Positions 1-9,560 of a stretch of 32,000 nt of DNA are shown here, piece after piece. Every line of letters starts with the position of its first letter. Position 1 is the first letter of the stretch. The position numbers and the translations under genes are program-made. The notes under the pieces are model-generated. The model made no database searches and was not told the origin of the DNA. It saw only the letters and a list, made by a program, of their open reading frames with translations. The DNA is from an uncultured Alphaproteobacteria bacterium. GTDB taxonomy: Bacteria; Pseudomonadota; Alphaproteobacteria; Rs-D84; CACZYB01. The stretch spans positions 570,001-602,000 of the forward strand of contig CAKQHZ010000001.1 in assembly GCA_934246625.1 (NCBI GenBank), written 5' to 3'.

Positions 1-237
1 TGTTCCAAAGATTATGTTAAATTCATAAGTCTTTTTGCCGTCCATTTGAAATTGGATTGTCTTTGTTGCTTCACCAAATGCGATTGGAAGAACTCCTGTT
101 GCAAGTGGGTCAAGGGTGCCAGTATGTCCAATCTTTATTTTTCCAAGTGTTGGATAGAATATTTTTTTTACTTTGTAAAGGACATCGTTTGATGTCATAC
201 CACTGTCTTTGTTTATATTTAAAAAGCCATTTAACAT
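1..237 (-). CDS. truB: tRNA pseudouridine(55) synthase TruB, first 79 codons; the rest runs off the left edge
   Basis: Absent from the ORF track because there is no stop in the window. Reverse-strand translation from ATG (235-237) gives MLNGFLNINKDSGMTSNDVLYKVKKIFYPTLGKIKIGHTGTLDPLATGVLPIAFGEATKTIQFQ... It carries the TruB catalytic GHTGTLDPLATGVL motif. Confidence 0.85.
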   Translation of the reverse strand, partial: MLNGFLNINKDSGMTSNDVLYKVKKIFYPTLGKIKIGHTGTLDPLATGVLPIAFGEATKTIQFQMDGKKTYEFNIIFGT

Positions 238-298
238 TTTGTATTCTTTGTTTTTCCTTTATTATCGGTCTTTTTTTTATATTTACAATAAAAATATA

Positions 299-326
299 TT
301 GACAAATAAATAAAATTTGTTAAATT
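299..326 (+). promoter_or_regulatory. Sigma70-like promoter for the 358-636 ORF
   Basis: TTGACA (299-304), 16-nt spacer, then extended -10 TGtTAAATT (318-326). A GAGGTG Shine-Dalgarno follows at 348-353, ahead of ATG 358. Confidence 0.5.
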
Positions 327-357
327 AAATCAATATTTTATAAAAAAGAGGTGTGAT

Positions 358-636
358 ATGAATTTGTTTAGAAATGAAAATAATTTTAAGTTTTTAGGTT
401 CTATGGAAGAAAAAAAGGCTTTTGATGAAAGAGCTAAAAAATTTAGTGAACTTTATGAAGTTTCAGAAAATGAAGATGTTCTTCGTGCAATTTCCGCAAT
501 TTATTTAATTAAAGCAAATAAATTAGTTAGGAGTAATTTAGTTAATAAAATCCTACTTGAGTTAGAAGTTAAAAAACTTAAAAAATTTTATAGAAAAGAA
601 GAAGAATTTTTGCTTTTTACACCAAAAAGTCGTTAA
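358..636 (+). CDS. Hypothetical 92-aa protein, Lys/Glu-rich and predicted helical
   Basis: ORF with a near-consensus promoter and a good SD. I recognise no family. Its 3' end overlaps the mutS stop by 4 nt, convergently. Confidence 0.5.
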   Translation: MNLFRNENNFKFLGSMEEKKAFDERAKKFSELYEVSENEDVLRAISAIYLIKANKLVRSNLVNKILLELEVKKLKKFYRKEEEFLLFTPKSR

Positions 637-3332
637 TTTAAAAGATTTTTTATTTCATATAATATTTCAAGTGCAGATTTAGGAGTCAATTCGTCAGGAT
701 TGACTTCTTTTAATTTCTTTTCCAAAAGTTCAAGATTTTGATTTTGTTTTGGGGCAGGTGCTTCTTCCATTACATTATATGAAAATAGGTCAAGGTCGTT
801 TATTTTTTTTATTGCATTTTTTGTTTTTGTTAAGTTTTCGTCGGATTCAAAGCTGTTTAAAATTTGTGATGCTCTGTTTATTACAGTTGTTGGAATTCCA
901 GCAATTTTTGCAACGTGGATACCGTATGACTTATCAGCAATGCCTTTGCCTACCTTGTGAAGGAAAATTATGTCTCCTTCGTATTCCTTTATTTGCATTG
1001 TATGTGTGCTTACATTTGAAAGTTTTGAAACACTTTCAGTTAATTCGTGATAGTGGGTTGCAAATAATCCACGGCAACGATTGATATTGTTTAAATATTC
1101 AAGAACAGCCCATGCAATGGAAAGTCCATCAAAAGTTGCGGTTCCTCGTCCTATTTCATCAAGAATCACAAATGAGTGTTCATCGGCTTGGTTTAATATG
1201 GTTGCGGTTTCACTCATTTCAACCATAAATGTTGATTGTCCGCGTGCAAGATTATCAGATGCTCCGACACGACTGAATAACTTATTTACCACACCAATAT
1301 GTGCAGATGTTGCAGGAACAAATGAGCCAATTTGTGCCATAATTATGATAATTGCATTTTGGCGGAGGAATGTTGATTTACCAGCCATATTTGGACCTGT
1401 TAAAATCCAAAGTTTGCTACTGTTGTTTGTGTTTTCAAGTATGCAATCGTTTGGAATAAATGTTGCATTTTGTTTTTTGATGTTGGCTTCAACTATTGGG
1501 TGGCGACCATCAATTATTTCAAATGCCAAAGTATTATCGACTATTGGTTTTACATAATCATTTTCAAGTGCAATAAGGGCAAGATTTGTAAATACATCAA
1601 GTTCAGAAATGCTTTGTGCAAAAAGTTCTATATCCTCGACTCTGTTTAAAATATCTTTGCATAAATCCTTGAATAATGATTGCTCAAGGGATACATATTT
1701 ATCATCTGCAACAAGAATTTTTTGTTCAATTTCAGTTAGCTCTGGAGTTGTAAATCTTACTGCATTAAGAAGGGTCTGTCTGTGTTTAAAACCACTTTGT
1801 GGGTCCATAAGAGATGTTGCCTGTTTGATTGGCACTTCAATAAAATAGCCAGCAAGATTGTTATATTTTATTTTTAGTGATGATATACCTGTATCAAGGA
1901 TATATTTTGATTGTAAATCAAGGATTATTTGTTTTGCATTTGTTTGAATATTTCTGTATTCGTCAAGTGTAGGATTGTAGCCTTCCTTTATATATCCAGA
2001 TTCCTTTGTTGTAATAGGAGCATCTTCTATAATTGCATTTTTGATATTTCGTGTAAGGATTGAAAAATCCTTTAGTCCATTTATTATGTTTTGTAATGGA
2101 TTGGTGATGTTTGTTTTTATTGCGGTTTCCAATATATCCTTTAGATATGTTGAAACGGATAGTGTCAGACCAATGTTTTGTAAATCCTTTGGACCAGCAC
2201 GATTGAAAGTTATACGACTTATTATTCTTTGAATATCGGAAATAAGTGAAAGTTGTGTTCGGATTTGTAAAAGCAAATCTTTGTTTTCAGTGAAAAATTC
2301 GACAATGTTTAAACGATTATTTATATTTTCTGCATTTGCAAGAGGTGTGCTTAAAATTTGTCGTAAATATCTTCGTCCCATTGATGTTTGAGTTTTATCA
2401 AGTATTTCAAAAAGACTTGAATCCTTTAGATTTTCATCATTGATATTGTTGAAAATTTCAAGATTTCGAATCGAAAAGGCATCAATTTGAAGAAGGTCTG
2501 AATTGTTTTCCTTTGTTGGACGTTTAAGGTTTGGTTTTGTTCCAATTTGTGTAATTTGGATATAATTTAAAATTGCACCACAGCAAGAAATTTCTGTATC
2601 AGACAATTTGCCCAAAGAATCAAGTGTTGATATTTCATACAAATCACATAGATTTTTTGTTGCATTAAGTGTATCAAAAAAACTTTCTGGTTTTATGACG
2701 AGCTTTTGTTTGTGTTCACTTATGATACTTTCAAATTTTTTGTTGTTTAAAAGTTTATCACTTATGATAATTTCCGCTGGGTTTTTAATAAGCAAGAATG
2801 ATTGAAGTTCGGATATTGAGTTTGTGTCCCAGTTTTGTATTATGAAATCTCCAGTTGAGATGTCTGCAAGTGCAATGGTGATATGTGGTTCTAGCCCTTC
2901 TGTAAAATTTACAGAACAAAGGTAATTGTTAAATGAGCTATTTAATAAATTGTCTTCAGTTAGTGTTCCTGCAGTGATAATTCGTGATACCTCGCGTTTT
3001 ATAACAGCTTTGTTTCCGCCACGAAGTTTTGCTTCCTCGGGTGTTTCGGTTTGGTCGCAAATTGCAACTTTGTATCCTTGTTTTATTAACTTTGGCATAT
3101 ATGAAGAAAAGGCATGGTGTGGAACTCCGCACATTGGAATTGGTTTTCCCAAATGGGTGCCACGATGGGTTAGTGCAATGTCCAAAGCCTTTGATGCAAT
3201 GACTGCATCATCAAAAAATAATTCGTAAAAATCACCCATTCTATACATAAGAAGGTAGTCCTTATGCTTTTCCTTTACTTCCAAATATTGAAGCATCATA
3301 GGTGTAGTTTTAGGTGTCTTTTCGGTAGTCAT
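633..3332 (-). CDS. mutS: DNA mismatch repair protein MutS
   Basis: 899 aa. N-terminal mismatch-binding region TPMMLQYLEVKEKHKDYLLMYRMGDFYELFFDDA, Walker A GPNMAGKSTFLRQ, Walker B ILDEIGRGT, and FATHYHEL. Confidence 0.97.
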   Translation of the reverse strand: MTTEKTPKTTPMMLQYLEVKEKHKDYLLMYRMGDFYELFFDDAVIASKALDIALTHRGTHLGKPIPMCGVPHHAFSSYMPKLIKQGYKVAICDQTETPEEAKLRGGNKAVIKREVSRIITAGTLTEDNLLNSSFNNYLCSVNFTEGLEPHITIALADISTGDFIIQNWDTNSISELQSFLLIKNPAEIIISDKLLNNKKFESIISEHKQKLVIKPESFFDTLNATKNLCDLYEISTLDSLGKLSDTEISCCGAILNYIQITQIGTKPNLKRPTKENNSDLLQIDAFSIRNLEIFNNINDENLKDSSLFEILDKTQTSMGRRYLRQILSTPLANAENINNRLNIVEFFTENKDLLLQIRTQLSLISDIQRIISRITFNRAGPKDLQNIGLTLSVSTYLKDILETAIKTNITNPLQNIINGLKDFSILTRNIKNAIIEDAPITTKESGYIKEGYNPTLDEYRNIQTNAKQIILDLQSKYILDTGISSLKIKYNNLAGYFIEVPIKQATSLMDPQSGFKHRQTLLNAVRFTTPELTEIEQKILVADDKYVSLEQSLFKDLCKDILNRVEDIELFAQSISELDVFTNLALIALENDYVKPIVDNTLAFEIIDGRHPIVEANIKKQNATFIPNDCILENTNNSSKLWILTGPNMAGKSTFLRQNAIIIIMAQIGSFVPATSAHIGVVNKLFSRVGASDNLARGQSTFMVEMSETATILNQADEHSFVILDEIGRGTATFDGLSIAWAVLEYLNNINRCRGLFATHYHELTESVSKLSNVSTHTMQIKEYEGDIIFLHKVGKGIADKSYGIHVAKIAGIPTTVINRASQILNSFESDENLTKTKNAIKKINDLDLFSYNVMEEAPAPKQNQNLELLEKKLKEVNPDELTPKSALEILYEIKNLLN

Positions 3333-3344
3333 AATAAGCTCAAA

Positions 3345-3476
3345 TTATTTTGCTGGTTTTAAATCCTCTGGAATAACAAGTGGATTATTTTCAGGTAAGT
3401 ATTCATTGTATCTGCAATTACATGAACAATTTGATAAACATAAACTTAATATACATAAGATAAATAATTTATACAT
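3345..3476 (-). CDS. Small (43 aa) hydrophobic Cys-rich peptide, possibly secreted or a lipoprotein
   Basis: Below the ORF-track size cutoff. Translation is MYKLFILCILSLCLSNCSCNCRYNEYLPENNPLVIPEDLKPAK, preceded by a GAGGGG SD about 5 nt upstream. It fills the gap between the AI-2E transporter gene and mutS on the same strand. The lipobox is imperfect (LSNC). Confidence 0.35.
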   Translation of the reverse strand: MYKLFILCILSLCLSNCSCNCRYNEYLPENNPLVIPEDLKPAK

Positions 3477-3490
3477 TTTCCCCTCTTTGA

Positions 3491-4531
3491 TTAAATTGTT
3501 TCACCATCACGACTTAATAATATCGCAATTTTTTTTGTTTGTGGAAATTCAAATAATGTTATTGTGATTATAATCATTATTGGAACAGATAAAAACATTC
3601 CCATAATTCCCCAAATATGTCCCCAAACAACAAGTGATAAAATTAAAACTAATGGACTTAGGTTTAAGCTGTTGCCTGTTAATTTTGGGTCAATAATGTT
3701 TCCTATTATAAGTTGAGTTGTTATTATACCGACAGATATAATTGTGAATGGTACAAATGTATTGTTATATTGTAGTAATGATAAAAGTATTGGAAATATT
3801 GATGCAACTATGGACCCAATGGTTGGGATAAAGTTTAATAAAAATATTAAAATTGCCCAGAATAATGAAAAGTCAAGATTTACACTTTCCATAATTATGT
3901 AGGTTATTATTGCAGTTAAAAAACTTGTGAAAAATTTTACCAACATATAAATGCGAATCTTTGTAAAGACTTTGGTAAAAATATTTTTTACTTTTGTTAA
4001 AGTTTTTTTATCCTTGAATAAAAGAGGAAGTTTATTGATTAAACTTTTTTCTTCAAGAATTAAGAATAATATGTAAACAAGAACCATAGTAGTGCTACTT
4101 AGAAAGCCAGCAAAACTTTGAATTACAGAGTTGATTAGTTTTGGTATGTTTATATTTTGAAGTAATTCCTTTGAATTTAAAGATGAAATGTGAAATGAGG
4201 TTGCGATTTTATCGATTATTAAACTTATATTATGTTGATATGAGCCAAATGTTTTTGATACATCGTTTATGTTGCTTTTGATTCCTACAACGATGAAGTA
4301 CACAATGCCTGCAAGTGTAATTATTGCAAGTGGCTTTGTAATAAAATTTATCCATTTAGGGCAATTTAATTTTTTGATAAATAAGTCCTTGTATGATGTG
4401 TCAATTATATAAATTATGCACCAAAAAAATAATGCCATTACAAAAGGAAGAAATATATTTTGTGTTGTTTTTAATACATACATAATTAAAAATAATAAAA
4501 TTATGTTTAAAGATATATTTTTCCCTTGCAT
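3491..4531 (-). CDS. AI-2E family (PerM/UPF0118) transporter
   Basis: 346 aa polytopic membrane protein. The C-terminal half has family-typical FLLNFIPTIGSIVASIFPILLSLL and GHIWGIMGMFLSVPI segments. Confidence 0.75.
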   Translation of the reverse strand: MQGKNISLNIILLFLIMYVLKTTQNIFLPFVMALFFWCIIYIIDTSYKDLFIKKLNCPKWINFITKPLAIITLAGIVYFIVVGIKSNINDVSKTFGSYQHNISLIIDKIATSFHISSLNSKELLQNINIPKLINSVIQSFAGFLSSTTMVLVYILFLILEEKSLINKLPLLFKDKKTLTKVKNIFTKVFTKIRIYMLVKFFTSFLTAIITYIIMESVNLDFSLFWAILIFLLNFIPTIGSIVASIFPILLSLLQYNNTFVPFTIISVGIITTQLIIGNIIDPKLTGNSLNLSPLVLILSLVVWGHIWGIMGMFLSVPIMIIITITLFEFPQTKKIAILLSRDGETI

Positions 4532-4593
4532 ATTTTGACCTCGTATTCCTTTTAAAACAAATTTATTCTAGCATAAAAATTTTTTTCTTCAAT

Positions 4594-4625
4594 AAAAAAG
4601 GACTTTGAAAATCAAAGCCCTTTTT
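4594..4625. terminator. Hairpin terminator downstream of the 4646-5479 gene, bidirectional in form
   Basis: GGACTTTGA-aaa-TCAAAGCCC stem with one mismatch (4599-4620). It is flanked by an A-run upstream and a T-run downstream. Confidence 0.55.
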
Positions 4626-4645
4626 ATTTTTTATCTTATATATTT

Positions 4646-5479
4646 TTATTTAGGCATTGTTTGCATTGCTTGCATCATAGCAAGTAAAATATATGTTGAA
4701 TATATAAGAATTGTTGTGCCAATGATTAAGAAGTTATATCCAAAGAATGATAATACTTTTACGATTGGGGTATATGCTTTCTTTAACCATTTTGAATCTA
4801 ATATTATAACTTGAAGAATATTAAATCCTGCAATACTTATAATAAATGTAACGATTGTTTTTACTGCATCTTGTGCTTGAGCAAGTTGAGGTTGCATATA
4901 TGGAGTTAAACTTAAAACACCAACTAAAGCAATATATAATAATTGAGTGATAGTTGTTCTTCCAAAGAATGAACCAATTTTTTTAACTTTTTCAAAATTT
5001 GATTTATATGCAGAATCGTTTGCTTCGTCCTTTTCAGATTTAAAGAAACAGAAATATGGTTTAAATAATAATGTTCCAACGATTGAATAAAAACCACTTA
5101 TTCCAAGTGAATGTGCACGTTTGTATCCAAGTGAAATAGCAATTATAAATAAAATAATTGCGATTATATTATATGACCAATCAACAATAGGATTATAACC
5201 CATAAGGCTTGAAATTCCTGTGAAAATTAAATCCAAAACTAATGAAATTAAAAGCAATATAAATGTTGAACCAAGGAAAAGTTCCTTTGAAATATTTCCG
5301 TTGAAAGAAAATAAGAAATTCAACAAACCTTTTTTAGAAGAAGTTGTCTTTGCAACAACTGGTTTTGATTGGATTGTTTTTGTGTTTATTGTTTTTGCAA
5401 CCTTTGCAGTTGTTTTTTTTGTTACTGGTTTAGTTGTTTTTGGTGTAGCTTTTTTAATATTTTTTTTAGGTGTAACCAT
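4646..5479 (-). CDS. DUF805-like inner membrane protein with a Lys/Thr/Pro-rich basic N-terminal tail
   Basis: 277 aa. FSFNGNISKELFLGSTFILLLIS and GYKRAHSLGISGFYSIVG resemble the DUF805 signature (RRLHD-G-SGWW). The N-terminal ~50 aa read KKNIKKATPKTTKPVTKKTTAKVAKTINTK... Additional C-terminal TM helices are present. Confidence 0.5.
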   Translation of the reverse strand: MVTPKKNIKKATPKTTKPVTKKTTAKVAKTINTKTIQSKPVVAKTTSSKKGLLNFLFSFNGNISKELFLGSTFILLLISLVLDLIFTGISSLMGYNPIVDWSYNIIAIILFIIAISLGYKRAHSLGISGFYSIVGTLLFKPYFCFFKSEKDEANDSAYKSNFEKVKKIGSFFGRTTITQLLYIALVGVLSLTPYMQPQLAQAQDAVKTIVTFIISIAGFNILQVIILDSKWLKKAYTPIVKVLSFFGYNFLIIGTTILIYSTYILLAMMQAMQTMPK

Positions 5480-5549
5480 TTTACTCTCCTTTATTAAATT
5501 ATTAACGAATTTATTATAGCAATTATATTTTTAAAATGCTAGTGAAATA

Positions 5550-5834
5550 TTAACGCATCTTTTCAATTAAGTATTTGTAAATGCCTTCATCGTTTGTTGA
5601 TTTTATGTTATAGGTTCGCAAAATTTTATCGGGATTTTGGATTGATAAATCTTTTAACTTATTAAATCTTTGTGAAATTAACATTTTAGATTCACTAAGT
5701 GATATTCTGTATTTTTGAGATACTATTTTTTCAAGAATTTTTTGTAAATTTTCAATATCGTTCGATTGACTGGGGTCTGGTTCATCATTTTTATTTGTTG
5801 TTATTTTAGACAGATTTACTTCTGTTGTATTCAT
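5550..5834 (-). CDS. Hypothetical 94-aa protein
   Basis: I prefer the internal start MNTTEVNLSK (ATG 5832-5834), which has AAAGG upstream, over the longer track ORF ending at 5894. No family recognised. Confidence 0.4.
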   Translation of the reverse strand: MNTTEVNLSKITTNKNDEPDPSQSNDIENLQKILEKIVSQKYRISLSESKMLISQRFNKLKDLSIQNPDKILRTYNIKSTNDEGIYKYLIEKMR

Positions 5835-5920
5835 TTTTTTACCTTTCTTTTTTAAAGTTGTTGATTTAATACATCTATTATTATAAAGTATCAAAAAAAA
5901 TAAACAATAGGAATTTTATT

Positions 5921-7030
5921 ATGGGACTTAAATGTGGTATTGTTGGACTTCCAAATGTGGGAAAATCAACTTTGTTTAATGCACTTACACAAACTATACA
6001 GGCAGAATGTGCAAATTATCCATTTTGCACGATTGAACCAAATTCTGGTATTGTTTCTGTGCCAGATGAAAGACTTGTAAAACTTGCCGAAGTGGCAAAG
6101 TCAAAGGAGCTTCTTCCTACTAAACTTGAATTTGTGGATATTGCTGGACTTGTAAAGGGTGCAAGTAAAGGTGAGGGCCTTGGTAATCAATTTTTGGCAA
6201 ATATTCGTGAAGTTGATGCAATTATCCATGTTGTGCGTTGTTTTGAAGATGGAAATATTATTCATGTTGAAAATAATGTTGACCCAATAAGAGATATTGA
6301 AATTATCAATACTGAACTTATGCTTGCGGATATGGAATCTCTTCAAAAAAGATTGCCTTTACAAGAAAAGAAAGCAAAAAGTGGTGATAAGGAAGCTGTG
6401 ATTATGAGTGAAATTATTAAACTTGTGCTTTCAAGTTTGGAAAATGGAAAGCCTGCTTTGTCTGTAAAACCATCAAAGGCAGATGCAGAAAAGTTGCGTG
6501 TATTTAATATGCTTCAACTTTTAACATCTAAACCTGTGCTTTATGTTTGCAATGTTGATGAAGAAAGTTGTGCAAATGGTAATGAGCTTTCAAAAAGAGT
6601 TTTTGATTATGCAAAAAATGAAGGCAATGTTGCGACAGTGATTTCCGCAAAAATAGAGCAAGAAATTGCCTCTCTTTCTGATGAAACAGAAAAAAAAGAA
6701 TTTTTGGAAACTTTGGGGATTACGGAAACTGGACTTTCAAAAATTATTAAAGAAGGATATAAACTTTTGAACCTTATTACATTTTTTACTATTGGTCCAA
6801 AGGAAGCTCATGCTTGGACAGTTGAAAAGGGGGCAAAGGCTCCTGAAGCAGCAGGTGTGATTCATTCTGATTTCCAAAAGGGATTTATTCGTGCAGAAGC
6901 AATTTCAACCGAAGATTATATTAAATTTGGTGGTGAAGCTGGGGCTCGCGAAAATGGAAAATTAAGAACAGAGGGAAAAGATTATATCGTGGAAGATGGC
7001 GATATTTTCCATTTCTTGTTTAATACATAA
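5921..7030 (+). CDS. ychF: Ribosome-binding ATPase YchF (Obg-family)
   Basis: 369 aa. G1 motif GIVGLPNVGKSTLFNALT, then DIAGLVKGASKGEGLGN, and a C-terminal TGS-like domain (GFIRAEAI...). Confidence 0.95.
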   Translation: MGLKCGIVGLPNVGKSTLFNALTQTIQAECANYPFCTIEPNSGIVSVPDERLVKLAEVAKSKELLPTKLEFVDIAGLVKGASKGEGLGNQFLANIREVDAIIHVVRCFEDGNIIHVENNVDPIRDIEIINTELMLADMESLQKRLPLQEKKAKSGDKEAVIMSEIIKLVLSSLENGKPALSVKPSKADAEKLRVFNMLQLLTSKPVLYVCNVDEESCANGNELSKRVFDYAKNEGNVATVISAKIEQEIASLSDETEKKEFLETLGITETGLSKIIKEGYKLLNLITFFTIGPKEAHAWTVEKGAKAPEAAGVIHSDFQKGFIRAEAISTEDYIKFGGEAGARENGKLRTEGKDYIVEDGDIFHFLFNT

Positions 7031-7091
7031 TGGTAAAAAATTCCTTTGAGTTTTTATTTTTCTGTGATAGATAGTTTATTAGGAGAAAAAA

Positions 7092-8840
7092 TTGAGTATT
7101 AGAGTTTTATCACAGAATCTTATAAATCAAATTGCCGCTGGTGAAGTGATTGAGCGACCATCTTCTGTTGTAAAAGAGTTGGTCGAAAATGCGATTGATG
7201 CTGGGGCAACAAAAATAGATGTGAATGTTCGTAATTCTGGAAAATCATATATTTGTGTTTCTGATAATGGTTGCGGAATGAGTAAGGAAGATTTGCAATC
7301 TTGTATACTTCGTCATGCGACATCTAAACTTCCAACTGATGATTTGATGAATATAAATTTCCTTGGGTTTAGAGGAGAGGCTTTGCCATCAATCGCATCT
7401 ATTTCAAAAATGGTTATTACAACAAATAATGGTGTGGAGTGTTGGGCTTTGTATATTGATGCGGGTGAGGTGAAAAAGATTGTGCCTGCGTCTTATGTTA
7501 AGGGAACAAAAATTGAAGTGATGGATTTGTTTTTTAATGTGCCAGCACGACTTGCGTTTTTAAAAACGGATAGGGGAGAAATGTCATCAATTATTGATGT
7601 GGTGGAGCGAATCGCCCTTAGCCACCCTGAAAAGGATTTTACACTTAATGATACTTTGAAGTTAAAGGCTGGTGATAAAATTTCACGTGTGTGTGAAGTT
7701 TTGGGTCGTGATTTCAAAGAAAACCTTATTGAAATTGATGCGGTTAAATATAATTTAAAAGTTAGTGGGTTTATTAGTCGTCCAACATATAATAAGGGAA
7801 CATCTTCTTCACAATATTTTTATGTGAATGGGCGTGCATTAAAGGATAAATTATTGATTGGTTCTTTGCGTGCAGCATATTTAGATGTTATTGAAAAAGG
7901 AAAATTTCCGGTGTGTGTATTATGGATTGAAATTCCTCTTTCTGATATTGATGTCAATGTTCACCCTCAAAAGGCAGAGATAAGATTTAAAGAACAATCA
8001 AATGTTCGTGGTGCGATAATTTCTTTATTAAGAATGTATCTTTCAAAGGTAGAGGTGAAAGCAAATATTATTGATATTAAGAAAAACTTTGAAGATAAGG
8101 GAAAACTTTCTTCTAATATTTTAGAATTTTCAAATAAGATTCAGAATCCAAGTTTTGTTTGTGAAACGGAACAAACTTCTTTTGATGATAATATTTTGCC
8201 ACTTAGTGTTAATTCAAAATCAGTTGATACTGTTGAAATTGATGCTGATGATGAACGATTGGATTATCCATTGGGTGTGGCACGTGGACAACTTCATAAT
8301 ACATATATTATTTCTCAGGTATCAGATGGTATTATCATTTTAGATCAACATGCGTGTCATGAACGAATCGTTTATGAACGAATCAAAAAAGAAATTCGTG
8401 AAGGTGGTATTAAAAAGCAAATTATGCTTATACCAGAAATTGTTGAACTTGGTGAAAAAAAGGCAGGAATGCTTTTGGAAATTAAAGATGAACTTTCTTC
8501 TTTTGGTTTGGAAATAGAAGAATTTGGTAATGGTGCTGTGTTGGTTCGTGAAATGCCTGCAATACTTGGTGATTGTGATTTGCAAGCCTTGGTTAAAAAT
8601 ATTGCTGATGATATTGATGATTTTAATAAGGCTCAAATTTTAGAGGATAAAATGGCAATGATTTCAAAAACTTTTGCGTGCCATACTTCTATACGTGCAG
8701 GGAAAAGTTTGACTATTGATGAAATGAACGAACTTCTTCGTCAGGTTGAACAATGTGAAAATGCTGGTCAATGTAATCATGGAAGACGAAGTTATGTGAA
8801 AATAAGTCTTTCGGATTTGGGTAAGTTGTTTGATAGATAG
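7092..8840 (+). CDS. mutL: DNA mismatch repair protein MutL
   Basis: 582 aa. TTG start just downstream of AGGAG. GHKL ATPase motifs AAGEVIERPSSVVKELVENAIDAGA and DNGCGM. The C-terminal dimerisation region includes ACHTSIRAG. Confidence 0.95.
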   Translation: MSIRVLSQNLINQIAAGEVIERPSSVVKELVENAIDAGATKIDVNVRNSGKSYICVSDNGCGMSKEDLQSCILRHATSKLPTDDLMNINFLGFRGEALPSIASISKMVITTNNGVECWALYIDAGEVKKIVPASYVKGTKIEVMDLFFNVPARLAFLKTDRGEMSSIIDVVERIALSHPEKDFTLNDTLKLKAGDKISRVCEVLGRDFKENLIEIDAVKYNLKVSGFISRPTYNKGTSSSQYFYVNGRALKDKLLIGSLRAAYLDVIEKGKFPVCVLWIEIPLSDIDVNVHPQKAEIRFKEQSNVRGAIISLLRMYLSKVEVKANIIDIKKNFEDKGKLSSNILEFSNKIQNPSFVCETEQTSFDDNILPLSVNSKSVDTVEIDADDERLDYPLGVARGQLHNTYIISQVSDGIIILDQHACHERIVYERIKKEIREGGIKKQIMLIPEIVELGEKKAGMLLEIKDELSSFGLEIEEFGNGAVLVREMPAILGDCDLQALVKNIADDIDDFNKAQILEDKMAMISKTFACHTSIRAGKSLTIDEMNELLRQVEQCENAGQCNHGRRSYVKISLSDLGKLFDR

Positions 8841-8850
8841 AATAATAAAA

Positions 8851-8870
8851 AGGCCTCCGTTTGGAGGCTT
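8851..8870. terminator. Bidirectional hairpin terminator between convergent mutL and the exonuclease gene
   Basis: GCCTCC-gttt-GGAGGC stem-loop flanked by an A-run (plus strand upstream) and T-rich sequence. Confidence 0.65.
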
Positions 8871-8872
8871 TC

Positions 8873-9487
8873 TTAATGTTGAAAAATGTCTTCGTCTTGC
8901 CAGCCTTGTAAATCCAAAGCACAACGAGTTGGTAAAAATTCGAAACATTTTTTTGCAAGTTCGAATCGTCCTTCACGATTTAATTTTTGAATAAGTATAT
9001 CTTTTATTCTGTGAAGGTATAGGACATCTCCTGCGGCATATTTTATTTGCGAATCAGTTAATGTGTCGACAGCCCAATCGGAACATTGTTCTTCTTTGTT
9101 TAAATCTACATCAAAAAATTCTTTTACAAGAGCCTTTAATGAATGTTTATCAGTTGATGTTCGTGCAAGACGAGATGCTATTTTAGTGCAAAAAATTGGG
9201 AATACATCTATACCCAAACATTTTTTTATCATTGCAACATCGGCACGTGCAAAGTGGAATATTTTTTCAATATTCGAATCAGTTAAAAGTTTTTTAAGAT
9301 TCGGACAATTATATGGTGGTTTTACGTGAATTACATAAATTTCACCATTGCCATCTGTTAATTGAACAACACAAAGTCGATCTCGTAAAAGAGAAAGACC
9401 TGTCATTTCTGTATCAATAGCAATAGAGTTTTTAAAATTTACATTTGATGGTAAATCGTCCTTTAAGTATATGATTTTATTTTCCAT
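8873..9487 (-). CDS. rnd: Short RNase D-like DEDD 3'-5' exonuclease
   Basis: Exo motifs IAIDTEMTGL, FHFARADVAM and YAAGDVLYL. I prefer the start MENKIIYLKD (ATG 9485-9487, AAGGAAA SD), giving 204 aa, over the 224-aa track ORF. Confidence 0.8.
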   Translation of the reverse strand: MENKIIYLKDDLPSNVNFKNSIAIDTEMTGLSLLRDRLCVVQLTDGNGEIYVIHVKPPYNCPNLKKLLTDSNIEKIFHFARADVAMIKKCLGIDVFPIFCTKIASRLARTSTDKHSLKALVKEFFDVDLNKEEQCSDWAVDTLTDSQIKYAAGDVLYLHRIKDILIQKLNREGRFELAKKCFEFLPTRCALDLQGWQDEDIFQH

Positions 9488-9560
9488 TTTGATTTCCTTT
9501 TTATTTGAAATTTGTTTTATTATATTATTTTTTTTATTCTTCTTCAAGAGGTATGTTTCC

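Noticed and set aside
749-3228. Plus-strand ORFs inside mutS (749-1084, 1081-1557, 1609-1848, 2041-2232, 2608-2805, 2926-3228)
   Set aside because: They are antisense to a full-length, well-conserved mutS. They have no SDs and their sequences are low-complexity or hydrophobic junk.
8664-8976. Minus-strand ORFs 8664-8948 and 8713-8976 across the mutL 3' end
   Set aside because: They run antisense through mutL, through the bidirectional terminator, and into the exonuclease gene in other frames. Both real genes are well supported.
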